64,000 nt of DNA from contig CM120644.1 of assembly GCA_051362555.1 (NCBI GenBank), positions 3,790,954-3,854,953 of the forward strand. Reading direction: 5' to 3'. The position numbers were made by a program, and so were the translations under genes. This document shows, piece after piece, positions 63,393 to 64,000 of the stretch; position 1 is the stretch's first letter, and every line of letters starts with the position of its first letter. The stretch is from Lingula anatina (lineage: Eukaryota; Animalia; Brachiopoda). The notes below the pieces were generated by a model. That model was not told the origin of the DNA and did not search any database. It saw only the letters and a list, made by a program, of their open reading frames with translations.

Positions 63393-64000
63393 TTTTAGCT
63401 GTACCACCAGCGTTGGCGCTGGCAGTACACATGGTTTTAGTCCCGTCCGGTCCGTTCCGCCAGCTACGCCGCCATGTTACCGTTACCGCTTCTCCTCCTA
63501 GACTACAAGGGCCTGCATACCCATCTGTTGGATTTAGGTCACCTATAATCTCAACTCGCTCCACGTAAAATTTGGGCTTCGTTGGTGCTGGGGTCTAGGT
63601 GTGGCGCTCATTGCAATGCACCCTTGTCCAAAATTGGCCAAATTAAATGCGTATTATCTACCATACCGAAGGAATTATGGGAACAATTTCTATAGACGGC
63701 TGACCGAAAGTCATATGTGGAGATTTCAAATATGCCCTTTTGACCTTTGAACTTTATTTCAAGGTCAAAAGGGCCAAAATTTTCAAAAAATGATTTTTTT
63801 ACGAAAAAAAACTATTTGCGCTAATATTCAGAAACTACACTGACCTAACCTATAATATTATTGTCAGATGTTACCCTTTAGATCATCTTTCATCTCCGTG
63901 AGTTTGGGGTCAATCGGTGCATTTTCACGGGAGTAGCGGCCATAAGATACCGAAACTGAAAACTGTCTCTAAATCGGGGAACCGTTAATGCTAGAGACTT
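63393..64000 (+). mobile_element. Second Helentron-associated element, runs off the window
   Basis: ttttagct start; same 5' box (ggcgctggcagtacacatggttttagtcccgtccgg...gccgccatgttaccgtt); tgaccttt...aaggtcaaa core. Confidence 0.75.

Overview
AT-rich, intron-rich animal genomic DNA. The microsatellites and Helentron-type TGACCT repeats suggest an invertebrate, probably a mollusc or other lophotrochozoan (inference). Exons were reconstructed by hand from GT-AG sites and reading-frame phase. Three genes are well supported: (1) most of a HECW1/2 (NEDL)-type C2-WW-WW-HECT E3 ubiquitin ligase, + strand, 28 exons at 3336-33165, 5' end outside the window; (2) a complete 7-exon, 255-aa single-MRH-domain membrane protein resembling the cation-dependent mannose-6-phosphate receptor, - strand, 36364-43330; (3) a complete 10-exon, 544-aa SLC22-type organic cation transporter, + strand, 46813-56447. 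The most unusual feature is at the right end: a candidate signal-anchor first coding exon (61152-61271) is phase-compatible with an orphan vigilin-like KH exon (63132-63233) that has a broken GxxG loop and sits between two Helentron-like elements, suggesting TE-mediated exon shuffling. Introns hold RTE LINE fragments, a decayed Tc1 element, and several MITE families (Harbinger-like, 5-bp-TSD hAT5-like, Kolobok-like). Most entries in the supplied ORF track are spurious.
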